Source: Vicinamibacterales bacterium (GTDB lineage Bacteria > Acidobacteriota > Vicinamibacteria > Vicinamibacterales > CAVVIG01). From it: a stretch of DNA of 64,000 bases. Position 1 is the first letter of the stretch. Every line of letters starts with the position of its first letter. The DNA is taken from contig DASYQZ010000046.1 of NCBI GenBank assembly GCA_036004865.1, forward strand, positions 11,473 through 75,472, given 5' to 3'. Both the position numbers and the translations under genes were made by a program. This document shows positions 1-9,898 of this stretch, in pieces. A model generated the notes under the pieces. That model worked only from the letters and a program-made list of their open reading frames with translations. It was not told where the DNA came from and searched no databases.

Positions 1-587
1 CGCGCCTCACGTGGTTCGACAATCGCGTGAGGGATCCGATCTCCAATGTCACGCTGACCGCGACGCAAGCGCAGAAGCAGAACCTCGGCCGGACTCGCAT
101 CCGGGGCATCCAGAGCGATGTCGAGTACCGCATCGGCACCGCGTGGAGATTCTCGGGCGCGTATATGTTCGACGACGCGAAAGTGACCGACGGCGGCGTG
201 GCGAACGCCGCGCTCGTCGGGAAGTTCGTGCAGCAGGTGCCGAGGCACCGCGGGTCGCTGCAGGCGGCCTACTCGAGCTCGAAGTACGCGAGCGTGGCCG
301 TCGGCGTGCAATTCGTCGGCTTGCAGTACAACGACGATCTCAACATTAATTTCATTCCGCCCGCGACGCTCACCGAGGCGGGGTACGACGCCTCCTTCGG
401 CGCGGGGCTGCCCGGTTACGGCGTGGTCGATCTGACGGCGTCGCGCGCCCTCGGGCGCAACCTGCAGGTCTTCTTCGGCGTGCAGAATGTGTTCGACAAG
501 GAGTACTTCGTCCAGACGAATCCGTCGACGATCGGCACGCCGCGGCTCGTGAACGGCGGGGTGCGCGTGCGATTCGCAGGCCGGTGA
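1..587 (+). CDS. TonB-dependent receptor, C-terminal fragment (5' end outside window)
   Basis: The frame is open from the window edge. It ends in beta-barrel-like strands (FGVQNVFDKEYF ... GGVRVRFAGR) typical of TonB-dependent receptor C-termini. Confidence 0.8.
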   Translation, partial: RLTWFDNRVRDPISNVTLTATQAQKQNLGRTRIRGIQSDVEYRIGTAWRFSGAYMFDDAKVTDGGVANAALVGKFVQQVPRHRGSLQAAYSSSKYASVAVGVQFVGLQYNDDLNINFIPPATLTEAGYDASFGAGLPGYGVVDLTASRALGRNLQVFFGVQNVFDKEYFVQTNPSTIGTPRLVNGGVRVRFAGR

Positions 588-664
588 GCCGCAAAGGCTG
601 ACGCGAACTCTTCGTGACGCTTGGTGATGACCCGACGGAGCGCCAGAGCTTGACGCGGCCGAGT

Positions 665-679
665 TGGCGAGCAACTTGC
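665..679 (+). promoter_or_regulatory. sigma-54-like -24/-12 box (TGGCGAGCAACTTGC)
   Basis: GG-N10-GC geometry with TTGC at -12. There are 14 nt between the -12 C and ATG 694. The -24 half is imperfect (TGGCGA). Confidence 0.35.
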
Positions 680-693
680 TGGCGCTCAGATTG

Positions 694-1611
694 ATGAAGC
701 TCATCGTTCAGCCGGATGCCGGCATCACGCCCGTCGTCACCGCGATCAAGCAGGCGAAGAAGACGATCGACGTCGTGATCTTCCGGCTCGACCGCTACGA
801 AATCGCGCGCGCGCTCGGTGAAGCCGTGGCGCGCGGCGTCCACGTGCGCGCCCTGACGGCGCACCAGAACCGCGGCGGAACGAAGAGTCTGCGCAAGCTC
901 GAGATGCGGTTGCTCGAGGCCGGCGTCACCGTCTCCCGGACGGCCGACGACCTGGTCAGGTATCACGGCAAGATGATGATTGTCGACAGCCGTGTCTTGC
1001 ACGTGTACGGCTTCAATTTCACCAGCCTCGACATCCAGAAGAGCCGCAGCTTCGGCCTCGTCACAAGCAACCCCAAGCTAATCAAGGAAGCGATGAAGCT
1101 CTTCGAGGCCGATTTCGAGCGCCAGCCGTACGTCCCCGGCAGCGACCGGTTCCTCGTCAGCCCCGAGAACGCGCGCGAGGGCCTGGCGAAATTCATCAAA
1201 TCGGCGCGCAGGCAGCTGCTGATTTACGACCCGCAGGTGACCGACGATGCGATGCTGCGGCTGATCACCGAACGGATCAAGGCGGGCGTCGACGTGAAGA
1301 TCATCGGCAAGGTCGAAGCGAAATGGAACATCAAGGGTGAGAAGTATCAGGGCAAGCGCCTGCACATCCGCGCGATGATTCGTGACGGCAAGCGCGCGTT
1401 CGTCGGCAGCCAGAGCCTGCGGCGCCTCGAGCTCGAGAAGCGGCGCGAGGTGGGCGTCGTCATCACCGACGAAAGCGTCATCCGCGACATGCAGGCGATC
1501 TTCGAGAGCGACTGGGCGCAGACCGAGTCGGGACAGAAGAAAGCAAAGAAAGCGAAGAAGGTAGAGAAGAAGGCGCGGAAGGAAGAGAAAGTGCTGGCGA
1601 AAGCGTCGTAA
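694..1611 (+). CDS. Phospholipase D-like (HKD) family protein with Lys-rich C-terminal tail
   Basis: HGKMMIVD matches HxKxxxxD, and a second degenerate motif HIRAMIRD gives two PLD-like halves. The tail is KKAKKAKKVEKKARKEEK. ATG 694 (MKLIVQPD) is preferred over the track start TTG 664. Confidence 0.7.
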   Translation: MKLIVQPDAGITPVVTAIKQAKKTIDVVIFRLDRYEIARALGEAVARGVHVRALTAHQNRGGTKSLRKLEMRLLEAGVTVSRTADDLVRYHGKMMIVDSRVLHVYGFNFTSLDIQKSRSFGLVTSNPKLIKEAMKLFEADFERQPYVPGSDRFLVSPENAREGLAKFIKSARRQLLIYDPQVTDDAMLRLITERIKAGVDVKIIGKVEAKWNIKGEKYQGKRLHIRAMIRDGKRAFVGSQSLRRLELEKRREVGVVITDESVIRDMQAIFESDWAQTESGQKKAKKAKKVEKKARKEEKVLAKAS

Positions 1612-1640
1612 TCAGGTGGGGCTCTGCCCCACACCCCGGC

Positions 1641-1685
1641 TCGGTCGCTCGCGGGGCCCCTTCGCCCCGCTCGACTCCCTCGCAG
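1641..1685. repeat. GC-rich short repeat GCTCGCGGGGC..TTCGCC..GCTCG..CTCGC, copy 1
   Basis: Shares about 40 nt of similarity with 40529-40570 and partial similarity with 18603-18632. It lies between convergent stops at 1611 and 1701, next to the small hairpin GTGGGGC-TCT-GCCCCAC. Confidence 0.45.
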
Positions 1686-1700
1686 GCGCGCTGTGCGCGC

Positions 1701-2720
1701 CTAAGCAGTCTTTGGCGCGCGAGTCTTCAGACGGGCGTCCTGCGGCGATCTCCAGAAGTCCATTGTCGACACGCGATGGACGCAGCCCACGGTGCAATAC
1801 GGCGCGCACGGCTTGGGCGTCGCGAACTCGCGGCGGATGTCGTCGATCGTGTAGGTCTCGAGCGGCACGGCGGGATAGCCGCGCTGCTGCGAGCAGTAGT
1901 GGACCAGGCCGTCCTCGCACACGTACAAGTAGCGCGCCCCCGCCCGGCATCGCCAGTCGTTCGGCTTGCCGTCCGCCAGGTGGTCCTGAAAGCTGCGAAT
2001 CCCCGAGTAGAGATTTTTCAGCACCTGCCCCGCGCCGTTGATCGCCGCGGACACGTCGTCGTACACCTTGCGCTCGACCGGCCCGAGCGGCTTGAGCCGT
2101 CCCGATCCGTCGTGGATGATGCCGATTGACGTCGAGAACCCGAGCGCGCGCGCGCGCGTGTTGATCGTGCGGGCGTCCTCGGGATTTTTGATCCCGCCGC
2201 CGAGAACCGAGTTGATGTTGACGTCGAACGCCGCGTACGTCTTGAGGTCCTGCAGCTTCCTGTCCAGCAGGCGCAGGCTCTTCTTCGACACGTCGTCGGG
2301 CTCGACGTTGTCGATGCTGATTTGCAGGAAATCGAGGCCGGCGCCGTTCAGTTCCTTGATCCGCTTCGGCACCAGGAAGTAGCCGTTGGTGATGAGCCCT
2401 GCCATCATGCCGCGCGCGCGAATGTGGCGGATGAGATCGTCGAGATCGGGGTGCAGCATCGGCTCGCCGCCGCTGAACGCGACGACCGAGGTGCCGAGCT
2501 CGGCGAGCTTGTCGATCCGCCGCTTCAGCATGCCGGCTGCGACCGGCGGCGACACCTTGTCGTACTCGTTGCAATAGCCGCAGTCGATGTTGCAGCGGCG
2601 AATCGGGATGATCTGCACGAGCAGAGGGTGCGCCGTGTGGACGAGCCCGCGGACGAACTCCCGTACCGATCGCGCTTTGCGGCTGGCGGTGGTGAGCAAG
2701 CCGGGAATTATAGCATTCAC
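1701..2720 (-). CDS. Radical SAM protein with Cys-rich (SPASM/twitch-like) C-terminus
   Basis: CNIDCGYCNEY is a CxxxCxxC motif. C-terminal Cys clusters are present (CRAG..VCEDG..YCSQ..CAPYCTVGC). GTG 2720 overlaps the upstream stop (GTGA). Confidence 0.8.
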   Translation of the reverse strand: MNAIIPGLLTTASRKARSVREFVRGLVHTAHPLLVQIIPIRRCNIDCGYCNEYDKVSPPVAAGMLKRRIDKLAELGTSVVAFSGGEPMLHPDLDDLIRHIRARGMMAGLITNGYFLVPKRIKELNGAGLDFLQISIDNVEPDDVSKKSLRLLDRKLQDLKTYAAFDVNINSVLGGGIKNPEDARTINTRARALGFSTSIGIIHDGSGRLKPLGPVERKVYDDVSAAINGAGQVLKNLYSGIRSFQDHLADGKPNDWRCRAGARYLYVCEDGLVHYCSQQRGYPAVPLETYTIDDIRREFATPKPCAPYCTVGCVHRVSTMDFWRSPQDARLKTRAPKTA

Positions 2721-3700
2721 GCAGCCGGCGACTCGGCCGGACGCAGCCGCTTCACGCGCTCGCCAATTTTCATAGAGCTCGTGAAGAGCGATCCGACCGG
2801 AATGAATCCCCACAACTGATGCCGCGCCATCGCCGCGAGTCCGGCCGACGCGATGCAGCCGCACTGGTTGCAATCGGGCGCGCCGCCGTACTGACAGGGC
2901 GTGATCCGCGTCTCGAGATCGGCCGAGATGCACTTGGTGGTTTTCGCGAACACGCACTCGTCCGGCGACTTCGGCGGGCGGGCGTACACCTCGAGCAGCC
3001 CCTTCGGCGCGAAGAGCTTCGGGTATCGCAGCCGCAGCGCCATCAGATCCTCGACGACCTGCTCACGGTCCGCGGGGCTCAAACGCTCCGCCGACACCTC
3101 GCCGATCTGCGGGGTGTACAGGCTCATCCAAATCTTCTCCACTTCAGGGCGCGCCGACCAGATGCGGAGGAACTCTTCGAGGTATCCGGGGCGATTGACT
3201 TGTTGCCGCGTCACGGTGCAATGAACCGTGATTTTGTGACCTTCGATGTGCTTCAGGATGCGCTCGTAGGTGGCCGGCTTTCGGCGCTCGTCGTGCTCCG
3301 GCTGGAGCCCGTCGATCGACACCACGATCGAGAGGCGAAAGAGTCCGCGCCATTCTTCCGGGATCTCGCGGACCGCGCTCGTCACGAGCTGCGCGTGGAT
3401 GCCGCGCTTCGAGAGCTCAGGCAGGATCGCCTTCAGCTCGCGATACCGCACGAGCGGCTCGCCGCCGACGATCGACACGTGCAGCGGACGGTGGCTGTCG
3501 ACGACGTCGATGAAACGGTCGACGAGCTCCTGTCCCTTGAAGTCGCGCAGTTGCCGGAGTGTGACGCCGCCGCCGAGATGTTCGTCGCCGTACGCGTAGC
3601 AACCTGGACAACGGAGCGGACATTCGCGGGTGATTTCAATCGAAAGTGCCGGGATGTACCCCGTGAGAATTCGCCCCCACGCCGCCAAAATCGCTTCCAT
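2717..3700 (-). CDS. Radical SAM protein with SPASM-like C-terminus
   Basis: CPLRCPGCYAY is a CxxxCxxC motif. The C-terminus has CISADL..TPCQYGGAPDCNQCGC. Confidence 0.8.
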   Translation of the reverse strand: MEAILAAWGRILTGYIPALSIEITRECPLRCPGCYAYGDEHLGGGVTLRQLRDFKGQELVDRFIDVVDSHRPLHVSIVGGEPLVRYRELKAILPELSKRGIHAQLVTSAVREIPEEWRGLFRLSIVVSIDGLQPEHDERRKPATYERILKHIEGHKITVHCTVTRQQVNRPGYLEEFLRIWSARPEVEKIWMSLYTPQIGEVSAERLSPADREQVVEDLMALRLRYPKLFAPKGLLEVYARPPKSPDECVFAKTTKCISADLETRITPCQYGGAPDCNQCGCIASAGLAAMARHQLWGFIPVGSLFTSSMKIGERVKRLRPAESPAA

Positions 3701-3731
3701 AGACCGACAACTATAGCATTAGGATTCGAGC

Positions 3732-4301
3732 ATGCAACGACGCACGATCCTCCAGTGGATCGCATCGACCGCCGCGATCCTTCCCTTCCAGCGCCTGCGC
3801 GTGCTGGCGCAGCCGCGCGAGCTGACGCCGGCCGCGATCGCGATGCTTCACGAAATCTCGCCGACCGTGCTGCCCGCGTCGCTCGGCGTCGAGCGCCTGC
3901 GCGGGACCGTCGACAAGTTCGTGCAGTGGACGCGCGGCTACCGCGAAGGCGTCGCGCTGTCGCACGGGTACGGCCATCCGCGGCTGCAGAAGACCGGCGC
4001 GTCGCCAGTGCCGATGTATGTGTCCCAGCTTGCCGCGCTCGAGGCCGGCGCCCGCGCGAAAGGCGGGACGTGGTCGACGCTCGATCTCGAGACGAGGCGT
4101 GCGCTGCTGGATGCCGCGTTCACCAAGGCAGGCGTACGCGCCCTGCCGCCGCGTCCGATCGGCCAGCACGTCGTCGCCGACCTGATGGCGTTCTACTTCA
4201 GGAGCAGCGAAGCGAACGACGTCTGCTATAGCGCGATGATCCAGCGCGAGGTCTGCCGGCCGATTGCGATCACCGTTCGCAAGCCGCAGCCGCTGCCATG
4301 A
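3732..4301 (+). CDS. Gluconate 2-dehydrogenase subunit 3-like small subunit (Tat signal)
   Basis: Twin-arginine leader MQRRTILQWIASTAAILPF. It is 189 aa and ATGA-coupled to the downstream GMC oxidoreductase, as in that family. Confidence 0.65.
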   Translation: MQRRTILQWIASTAAILPFQRLRVLAQPRELTPAAIAMLHEISPTVLPASLGVERLRGTVDKFVQWTRGYREGVALSHGYGHPRLQKTGASPVPMYVSQLAALEAGARAKGGTWSTLDLETRRALLDAAFTKAGVRALPPRPIGQHVVADLMAFYFRSSEANDVCYSAMIQREVCRPIAITVRKPQPLP

Positions 4302-5890
4302 CACACGAAACAGATATCTGCATCATCGGCGGCGGGATCACCTCCGCGATGCTCGCGCAGAAGCTCTCCGAGCTGCGGCCGGGCGTCCACATCACCGTCG
4401 TCGAGGCCGGCCGATCGATCTTCGACGTCCAGAATCGCGGCCGCTATCGCGAGCGCGCCAACGACTACGGCGAGCATCCATGGCACGACGACTACATCGA
4501 GGATCAGCAGGCATCCGGCATCATCTCCATGACGATGGCGGTCGGCGGGCTCGCGCTGCATTGGGGCGGCGCGTGCAACCGGTTTTCGGAAGAGGACCTG
4601 CGGCTGAAAGCGATGTACGGGCTCGCCGTCGACTGGCCGATCGCGTTCAAAGAGCTCGAGCGCTACTACTGCGAGGCGGAGCGGCGCCTGAACGTGAGCG
4701 GCGCACCGAGTCAGTACTCCGAGGATTGGCGGTCGCAGCCCTATCCGCAGCCGCCGATTCCGCTGTCGTACAACCTGCAGATACTGAAAGCGTGGGCGGA
4801 GAACAGCGGCCTGAAATTCGACGGGCTGCCGATGGCGCGCAATCTGACGCCGTACGGCGGCCGGGGCGCCTGCTGCGTCTACGACACGTGCGGCGAAGTC
4901 TGTCCGTCGGGCGCGCGCTACTCGCCCGACTTCACGTTCCGCCAGTTGATGGAGCCACAAAAGATCGTCCTGCACGATCGCACGCTCGTGCGGCGGCTCG
5001 TGCTCGACGAGCGGCGTCCCGACGTGGTCGCGGCGCAAGGCGTTCATCAGGATCGGCCGGCCGATCCGGTCGAATACCGCGCGAAGACGTTCGTCGTCGC
5101 CTCGGGATACTGCTGGAGCTCGCACTTGCTTCTGCTGTCGTCGAGCTCGCGGTTCCCGAACGGACTCGCGAACAGTTCGGGTCTCGTGGGCCGGTACATG
5201 AACGGCCATTCGTTCATCTCGGCGACCGCGAACATCGACGACCAGACGTTTCCCGGTCAGAACATGACGCACAGCCTGATCTCGCGGCAGTACTTCAGGT
5301 GCGCGACCGACAAACCGTTCGTGCGTCACGACACGCGCGTGTGGGAAAGCTCCGCCGGACGGGATCCTCGACTCCGGACGCCGGAGGGCAAGCTGCTGCT
5401 CGGCGACGAGCTGATGGCGGACTGGCGATCGCGGACGAAGGGCAGCTCCGTGCGTCTGCGCGCGTACGTCGACGTGCATCCGTCGGCTGACAGCCGACTG
5501 ACGCTCGACGCGTCGAAGAAGAATCGCTACGGCGATCCGATGCCGAAGATCGAGCATCGCTTCGATGACGCGACGCGCGCGCGGCAGGCGGCGACGACGG
5601 CGCACGTGCTGAACGTATTCGGCACGCTGGCGAAGGCGAGCAACGGACGAATCGCCAATTCGAGCGAGAGCGACTACCTCGATCATCCGGGCGGTGGGTG
5701 CCGCATGGGCGCCGATGCCGCGACGAGCGTGTGCGACAGCTACGGCCGCACGCACGATCACGCGAACCTGTTCGTCGTCGGCGCGCCGACGACGCCGACC
5801 GGCGGCTGCACGAACGGCACGCTGACCTTCGTCGCGCTGACGCTGCGGTCCGCGGACGAAATCGCGAGCGAATTTCCGACACGACGTTGA
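4298..5890 (+). CDS. GMC family FAD oxidoreductase
   Basis: N-terminal FAD fold DICIIGGGITSAMLA. C-terminal GMC-like region HPGGGCRMG...NLFVVGAP. Confidence 0.85.
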   Translation: MTHETDICIIGGGITSAMLAQKLSELRPGVHITVVEAGRSIFDVQNRGRYRERANDYGEHPWHDDYIEDQQASGIISMTMAVGGLALHWGGACNRFSEEDLRLKAMYGLAVDWPIAFKELERYYCEAERRLNVSGAPSQYSEDWRSQPYPQPPIPLSYNLQILKAWAENSGLKFDGLPMARNLTPYGGRGACCVYDTCGEVCPSGARYSPDFTFRQLMEPQKIVLHDRTLVRRLVLDERRPDVVAAQGVHQDRPADPVEYRAKTFVVASGYCWSSHLLLLSSSSRFPNGLANSSGLVGRYMNGHSFISATANIDDQTFPGQNMTHSLISRQYFRCATDKPFVRHDTRVWESSAGRDPRLRTPEGKLLLGDELMADWRSRTKGSSVRLRAYVDVHPSADSRLTLDASKKNRYGDPMPKIEHRFDDATRARQAATTAHVLNVFGTLAKASNGRIANSSESDYLDHPGGGCRMGADAATSVCDSYGRTHDHANLFVVGAPTTPTGGCTNGTLTFVALTLRSADEIASEFPTRR

Positions 5891-5959
5891 ACGCAGAACA
5901 CGCGGAATCCGCAGAAAAGACGGCTCTGCGAGTTCTGCGGTTTCTGCGTTGATCGTCGT
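5881..5959. repeat. Palindromic periodic-unit element, CGCAGAA(n) family, copy 1
   Basis: The arms ACGACGTTGAACGCAGAACACGCGGAATCCGCAGAA and CTCTGCGAGTTCTGCGGTTTCTGCGTTGATCGTCGT are near reverse complements. It lies between convergent stops (5890, 5968) and is near-identical in design to 33500-33581. Confidence 0.85.
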
Positions 5960-5967
5960 CGGCCAGA

Positions 5968-6603
5968 TTACGAGCGGACGACTTGCAGATGAATCCCGCA
6001 TTCGAGCTTCTGGCCCTGCCAGCGTCCCGATCGCGGATTCGCCGGATCGATCGGCAGCGACGTGCATGGCTCGCAGCCGATGCTCGTGTAGCCGAGCTCG
6101 TACAACGGCAACAGCGGGATGTCGTGCGCCTTCGCGTACTGCCAGACGTCTCGCATCGTCCACGCCGCGAGCGGACTGACTTTGCGGAGCACCTTCGCCG
6201 TCGGCAGCGTGAACGGCTCGACCTCGGCGAGGTTCGCGCGTGACGGCGACTGCTCGCGCCGGAGCGCCGTGAACCACGTGTCGTAGCCCTCGAGCGCCGC
6301 GAACAGCGGCCCTACCTTGTGACGCGCGCAGCACGCGTGCGTGTCGGTTTGCCACAATCCTCGCTGAGGTTCGACGGCGCGCAGATTCACGAGATTGAGG
6401 CGCCAGCGCGCCGTCAGCTCGTCGCGATACGTGTAGGTCTCGGTGAAATGATGCACGGTGTCCAGAAAGAGCACGGGGATGTCGGGCCGCACTTCGCGGA
6501 GCATGTGCACGAGCACGACGCAATCCGCCTGAAAGCTGGCGGTGACGCACGCCGCGTCCGCCCGCGCGAGCTCTGCCGCCACGATCGAATGAACGTCGCT
6601 CAC
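5968..6603 (-). CDS. cysH: Adenylyl-/phosphoadenylyl-sulfate reductase (thioredoxin-dependent), Fe-S type
   Basis: PAPS_reduct fold with LFLDTVHHFTETY. The CC pair (THACCARHK) and C-terminal SIGCEPCT match the CC...CxxC cluster motif. GTG 6603 overlaps the cysN stop (GTGA). Confidence 0.85.
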   Translation of the reverse strand: MSDVHSIVAAELARADAACVTASFQADCVVLVHMLREVRPDIPVLFLDTVHHFTETYTYRDELTARWRLNLVNLRAVEPQRGLWQTDTHACCARHKVGPLFAALEGYDTWFTALRREQSPSRANLAEVEPFTLPTAKVLRKVSPLAAWTMRDVWQYAKAHDIPLLPLYELGYTSIGCEPCTSLPIDPANPRSGRWQGQKLECGIHLQVVRS

Positions 6604-7919
6604 GTCAGCACCTCCTCGAGCACGTGGCGGACCGCCTCGATGGCATCGCCCTCGGTCAAAGCTGCACGTGCGGCCATGGCGATCCGCTCGGCGACGCCGC
6701 GATGCCCCGTAATCGGCGTCGCGGCGGGCGTCTGTCGTACCGCCGCAGTCATCATGCCGGCCCCGGCCGTGAAATGCGTCGCCGGGTCGATGACGATGAA
6801 GCTGCCCGTCGCGCGATTGACGGCGTACGCATCGAAGGTCAGCGGCCGAGCCGTCGAAACGGTCACCGATCCGATCTGATTGAGGACGAGACCGCGATCG
6901 ATCTCCGCGGTGACCGTCCGCGTGCCGTGCTTGAGCAAATAGACCCGCGACGGATCCAGCGGACGCTCGTCCATCCAGACCATCTGCGCGCCGAAGCGCG
7001 CCGACACCTGGATGTCGCTGCCAGGGCCGGCGGCGAGGACGTCGCCGCGGCTCACGTCGATCTCGTCGTCGAGGACGATCGCGATCGACATCGGCGCGAT
7101 CGCCTGCTCGAGATCGCCGTCCCACGTGACGATGCGACGCACCGTCGTGGAGCGGCCGGTGGGCCACGCGGCGATCGCGTCGCCGACGCGCACCGTGCCC
7201 GACACGATCTGGCCGGCGTACCCTCTGAACTCCTGATCGGGCCGCAGCACGAGCTGCACAGGCATCCTGAACGCACCGCCTGCGGCATCGCCGTCGACAT
7301 GCACGGTTTCGAGATAGTCGAGCAGCGGCGGGCCGTCGTACCACGGCAGGCGATCGCTCGGCGTCGTCACGTTGTCGCCGTGGAGTGCGCTGATGGGAAT
7401 CGCCTGCAGCGAAACGTCGCCTGACAGCTCGGCGAAGGAGTCGCGGATGTCGTCGAAGACCTCGCGATCGTAATCGACGAGATCCATCTTGTTGACCGCG
7501 AGGACGAACGTCGAGATGCCGAGCAGCCGGGCGATGCGCGCGTGCCGCTTCGACTGGACCCGTATGCCGTGGCGGGCGTCGACCAGCAGCACCGCGACGT
7601 CGGCGGTCGAGGCGCCTGTGGCCATGTTCCGCGTGTACTGCTCGTGGCCGGGCGTGTCGGCGAGGATGAACTTGCGGCGGGCGGTCGCGAAATACCGGTA
7701 CGCGACGTCGATCGTGATGCCCTGCTCGCGCTCGGCGCGGAGCCCGTCGGTGAAGAGCGAGAAGTCGATCGGCCCCGCGGTGCGATTTCGCGACGCGCGC
7801 TCGACGGACCGCACCTGATCCTCGTAAACGCCGCGCGAGTCGTACAGCAGCCGTCCGATCAGCGTGCTCTTCCCATCGTCGACGCTGCCGGCGGTACAGA
7901 TGCGCAGCAACTCCTTCAT
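6600..7919 (-). CDS. cysN: Sulfate adenylyltransferase subunit 1 (GTPase), no APS-kinase domain
   Basis: G1 motif GSVDDGKST and DTPGHEQY. About 439 aa, with no C-terminal CysC extension. ATGA overlap with cysD. Confidence 0.9.
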   Translation of the reverse strand: MKELLRICTAGSVDDGKSTLIGRLLYDSRGVYEDQVRSVERASRNRTAGPIDFSLFTDGLRAEREQGITIDVAYRYFATARRKFILADTPGHEQYTRNMATGASTADVAVLLVDARHGIRVQSKRHARIARLLGISTFVLAVNKMDLVDYDREVFDDIRDSFAELSGDVSLQAIPISALHGDNVTTPSDRLPWYDGPPLLDYLETVHVDGDAAGGAFRMPVQLVLRPDQEFRGYAGQIVSGTVRVGDAIAAWPTGRSTTVRRIVTWDGDLEQAIAPMSIAIVLDDEIDVSRGDVLAAGPGSDIQVSARFGAQMVWMDERPLDPSRVYLLKHGTRTVTAEIDRGLVLNQIGSVTVSTARPLTFDAYAVNRATGSFIVIDPATHFTAGAGMMTAAVRQTPAATPITGHRGVAERIAMAARAALTEGDAIEAVRHVLEEVLT

Positions 7920-8818
7920 CAGAAGTACCCCTCCCGTTTCTTGAGCTCCATCGACCCGTCCCGATCGTGATCGATGATGCGAAGCTGCCGTTCCGAGTGG
8001 CGCGCGCCAATCAGCTCGTCGATGATCTTCGGCACGGTGTCGGCCTCGGAGCGCACTGCGCCGGTGCACGGCGAGCAGCCGAGCGACCGCATGCGGCACA
8101 CCACGCGCACGGGCCGCTCGCCCGGCAGCAACGGCACGAACGGCTGTTCGACCAGGATGAGCGCGTCGCCGCGCACGACGACCTCGCGTTCGCGCGCGAA
8201 GTACAGCGGGACCACCGGAATCCGCTCGGCGTGGATGTAGTGCCACACGTCGATCTCCGTCCAGTTCGACAGCGGAAACACGCGGATGCTCTCGCCCGGC
8301 TGGACGCGGCCGTTCAACAGGTGCCACAGCTCGGGACGCTGCCGCTTCGGATCCCACTGACCTCGCGCGTCGCGCAGCGAGAAGATCCGTTCCTTCGCCC
8401 GCGAGCGTTCCTCGTCCCGCCGCGCGCCGCCGAACGCGGCGTCGAAGCCGCCGGCCTCGAGCGCATCGAGCAGCGCGCGCGTCTTGAGCAGCCCGCAGCA
8501 TCGCTCGGTGCCGACCAGAAACGGCTGGGTGCCCTGCGCGATGGCTTCTTCGTTGGTGTGCACGATCAGCCGTGCGCCGATCTCGGCCGCATGGCGATCG
8601 CGGAACTCGATCATCTCGCGGAACTTGTAGGTCGTGTCGACGTGCAGCAGCGGAAACGGAATCGGTCCGGGATGAAAGGCCTTCTGCGCCAGCCGCAGCA
8701 GCACGGACGAATCCTTGCCGATCGAGTAGAGCATGACCGGCCGCTCGAATTCGGCGACCACCTCGCGGATGATGTGGATGCTCTCCGCTTCGAGCGCGCG
8801 CAGATGATCAAGCGGCAT
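7919..8818 (-). CDS. cysD: Sulfate adenylyltransferase subunit 2
   Basis: [15 protein letters not shown]-loop region. Colinear with CysD along its 299 aa and directly upstream of cysN. Confidence 0.9.
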   Translation of the reverse strand: MPLDHLRALEAESIHIIREVVAEFERPVMLYSIGKDSSVLLRLAQKAFHPGPIPFPLLHVDTTYKFREMIEFRDRHAAEIGARLIVHTNEEAIAQGTQPFLVGTERCCGLLKTRALLDALEAGGFDAAFGGARRDEERSRAKERIFSLRDARGQWDPKRQRPELWHLLNGRVQPGESIRVFPLSNWTEIDVWHYIHAERIPVVPLYFAREREVVVRGDALILVEQPFVPLLPGERPVRVVCRMRSLGCSPCTGAVRSEADTVPKIIDELIGARHSERQLRIIDHDRDGSMELKKREGYF

Positions 8819-9665
8819 GCTTCACCAACTGCCCGCGATCGACCGTGAAGAATCGGTAGAGCAGACACGCGTCCGTGGCGATGACGGCGGCCATCACCAG
8901 ATAGGCGGCGCCGCCGTCGACCAGATGGAGATCGCGCAGCAGCGTCGAGACGCCGAACGAAACGACCCAGGCGTCGAAGCTCATACAGACGCGGCGAAAT
9001 GTTTCGGGCGAAATGTGTTGGATGAGGAGCGCGCCAATGGGCACGCCGATGGCGACGCTCGGCAGAATCCACGGGACGAGCGCGAGGCTCTCGCGCGCGA
9101 ACAGACCGGCGGCAAGATACGCCGCCGCCGTCATCGTCGATTCGGCGAGGCGGACGAAGCCGAGCGCGGCGCGGAATTCCTGTTTCGAGAACCCCTGGTT
9201 GTTGAGCGCCACGGCGAGCGGCGGACCGGAGATGGTCGTGACCGCATACAACACGCCGATGCCGGTGCCGAAGGCGAGGCCCGCGGATCGCTCCGCCCGG
9301 ATCGGCCGGCGGTAGCCGGCGGCCTGCACGAGAATCAGCGGCAGCAGCGCGGCGAACGTCGCCAGCTTGAGCCAGCCCGGATGCACGAGCGAGAGGATGG
9401 CCGTGCCCGCCGCGACGCCGGGCGCGAGCCCGATGACGATCGGCAGCACGCGACGCCACACGTGCGGCAGCGCCGCGCGATTCACCCACAGCACGTACGC
9501 GTTCAGCGCCACCTCGATGAGGACGAGCGCCGGGTTGAGGACGCGGTTCGTGAGGAAGAGGAGCGCGAGCGGAACGGTCAGCGACGAAAAGCCGTATCCG
9601 AGCGCGCCGTTGACCACGGCGGCGCCGAATGTGATGAACGCAAGGGCAACGCTGCTGAATGACAT
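8808..9665 (-). CDS. TauE/SafE family sulfite/anion exporter-like membrane protein
   Basis: About 8 TM helices, Gly-rich repeats ([16 protein letters not shown]). First gene of the cys operon. ATG 9665 ([10 protein letters not shown]) is preferred over the track start 9701. Confidence 0.7.
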   Translation of the reverse strand: MSFSSVALAFITFGAAVVNGALGYGFSSLTVPLALLFLTNRVLNPALVLIEVALNAYVLWVNRAALPHVWRRVLPIVIGLAPGVAAGTAILSLVHPGWLKLATFAALLPLILVQAAGYRRPIRAERSAGLAFGTGIGVLYAVTTISGPPLAVALNNQGFSKQEFRAALGFVRLAESTMTAAAYLAAGLFARESLALVPWILPSVAIGVPIGALLIQHISPETFRRVCMSFDAWVVSFGVSTLLRDLHLVDGGAAYLVMAAVIATDACLLYRFFTVDRGQLVKHAA

Positions 9666-9898
9666 GTGCGCTTCTCCGCCCGCGCAACGTTGAGCGCGCA
9701 AGGGCGATTCACTGCCGCTGATCGGGAATTTGAACGGGGCCGACCGATCAGCGAGGGGAGAAGCGTGAAAGTCGGAAAACTATGAAAGGCTTCTCACCGG
9801 GCGATCGCCGGCCGCATACACGCGCATCGACAGATCGATGCGGCGCCGGGACGACAACAACAGGTGAGGGAGGAGGACATCGAAACTACAGACCAGAG

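Noticed and set aside
664-693. TTG 664 as the start of the PLD-like gene (track ORF start).
   Set aside because: The first ten codons coincide with the sigma-54-like box. MKLIVQPD at ATG 694 looks like a natural PLD-family N-terminus. The TTG start cannot be excluded.
4226-6550. Very long antisense or alternative-frame ORFs: 4226-6550(-), 25065-27920(-), 26762-28270(+), 34096-36108(+), 33599-36220(-), 44410-46944(+), 46893-49034(+), 23251-25182(+) and 32063-33511(-).
   Set aside because: Their translations are Arg/Ala/Gly/Pro-rich low-complexity sequence with no recognisable motifs. Each lies opposite, or out of frame to, a gene with clear family motifs. Long open frames of this kind are expected in high-GC DNA.
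9666-9898. Long cys-operon leader considered as a SAM or other known riboswitch.
   Set aside because: I found no match to the conserved cores I can recall for SAM-I, SAM-II or related classes. Only generic hairpins are present. It is left as an unclassified leader pending a covariance-model scan.
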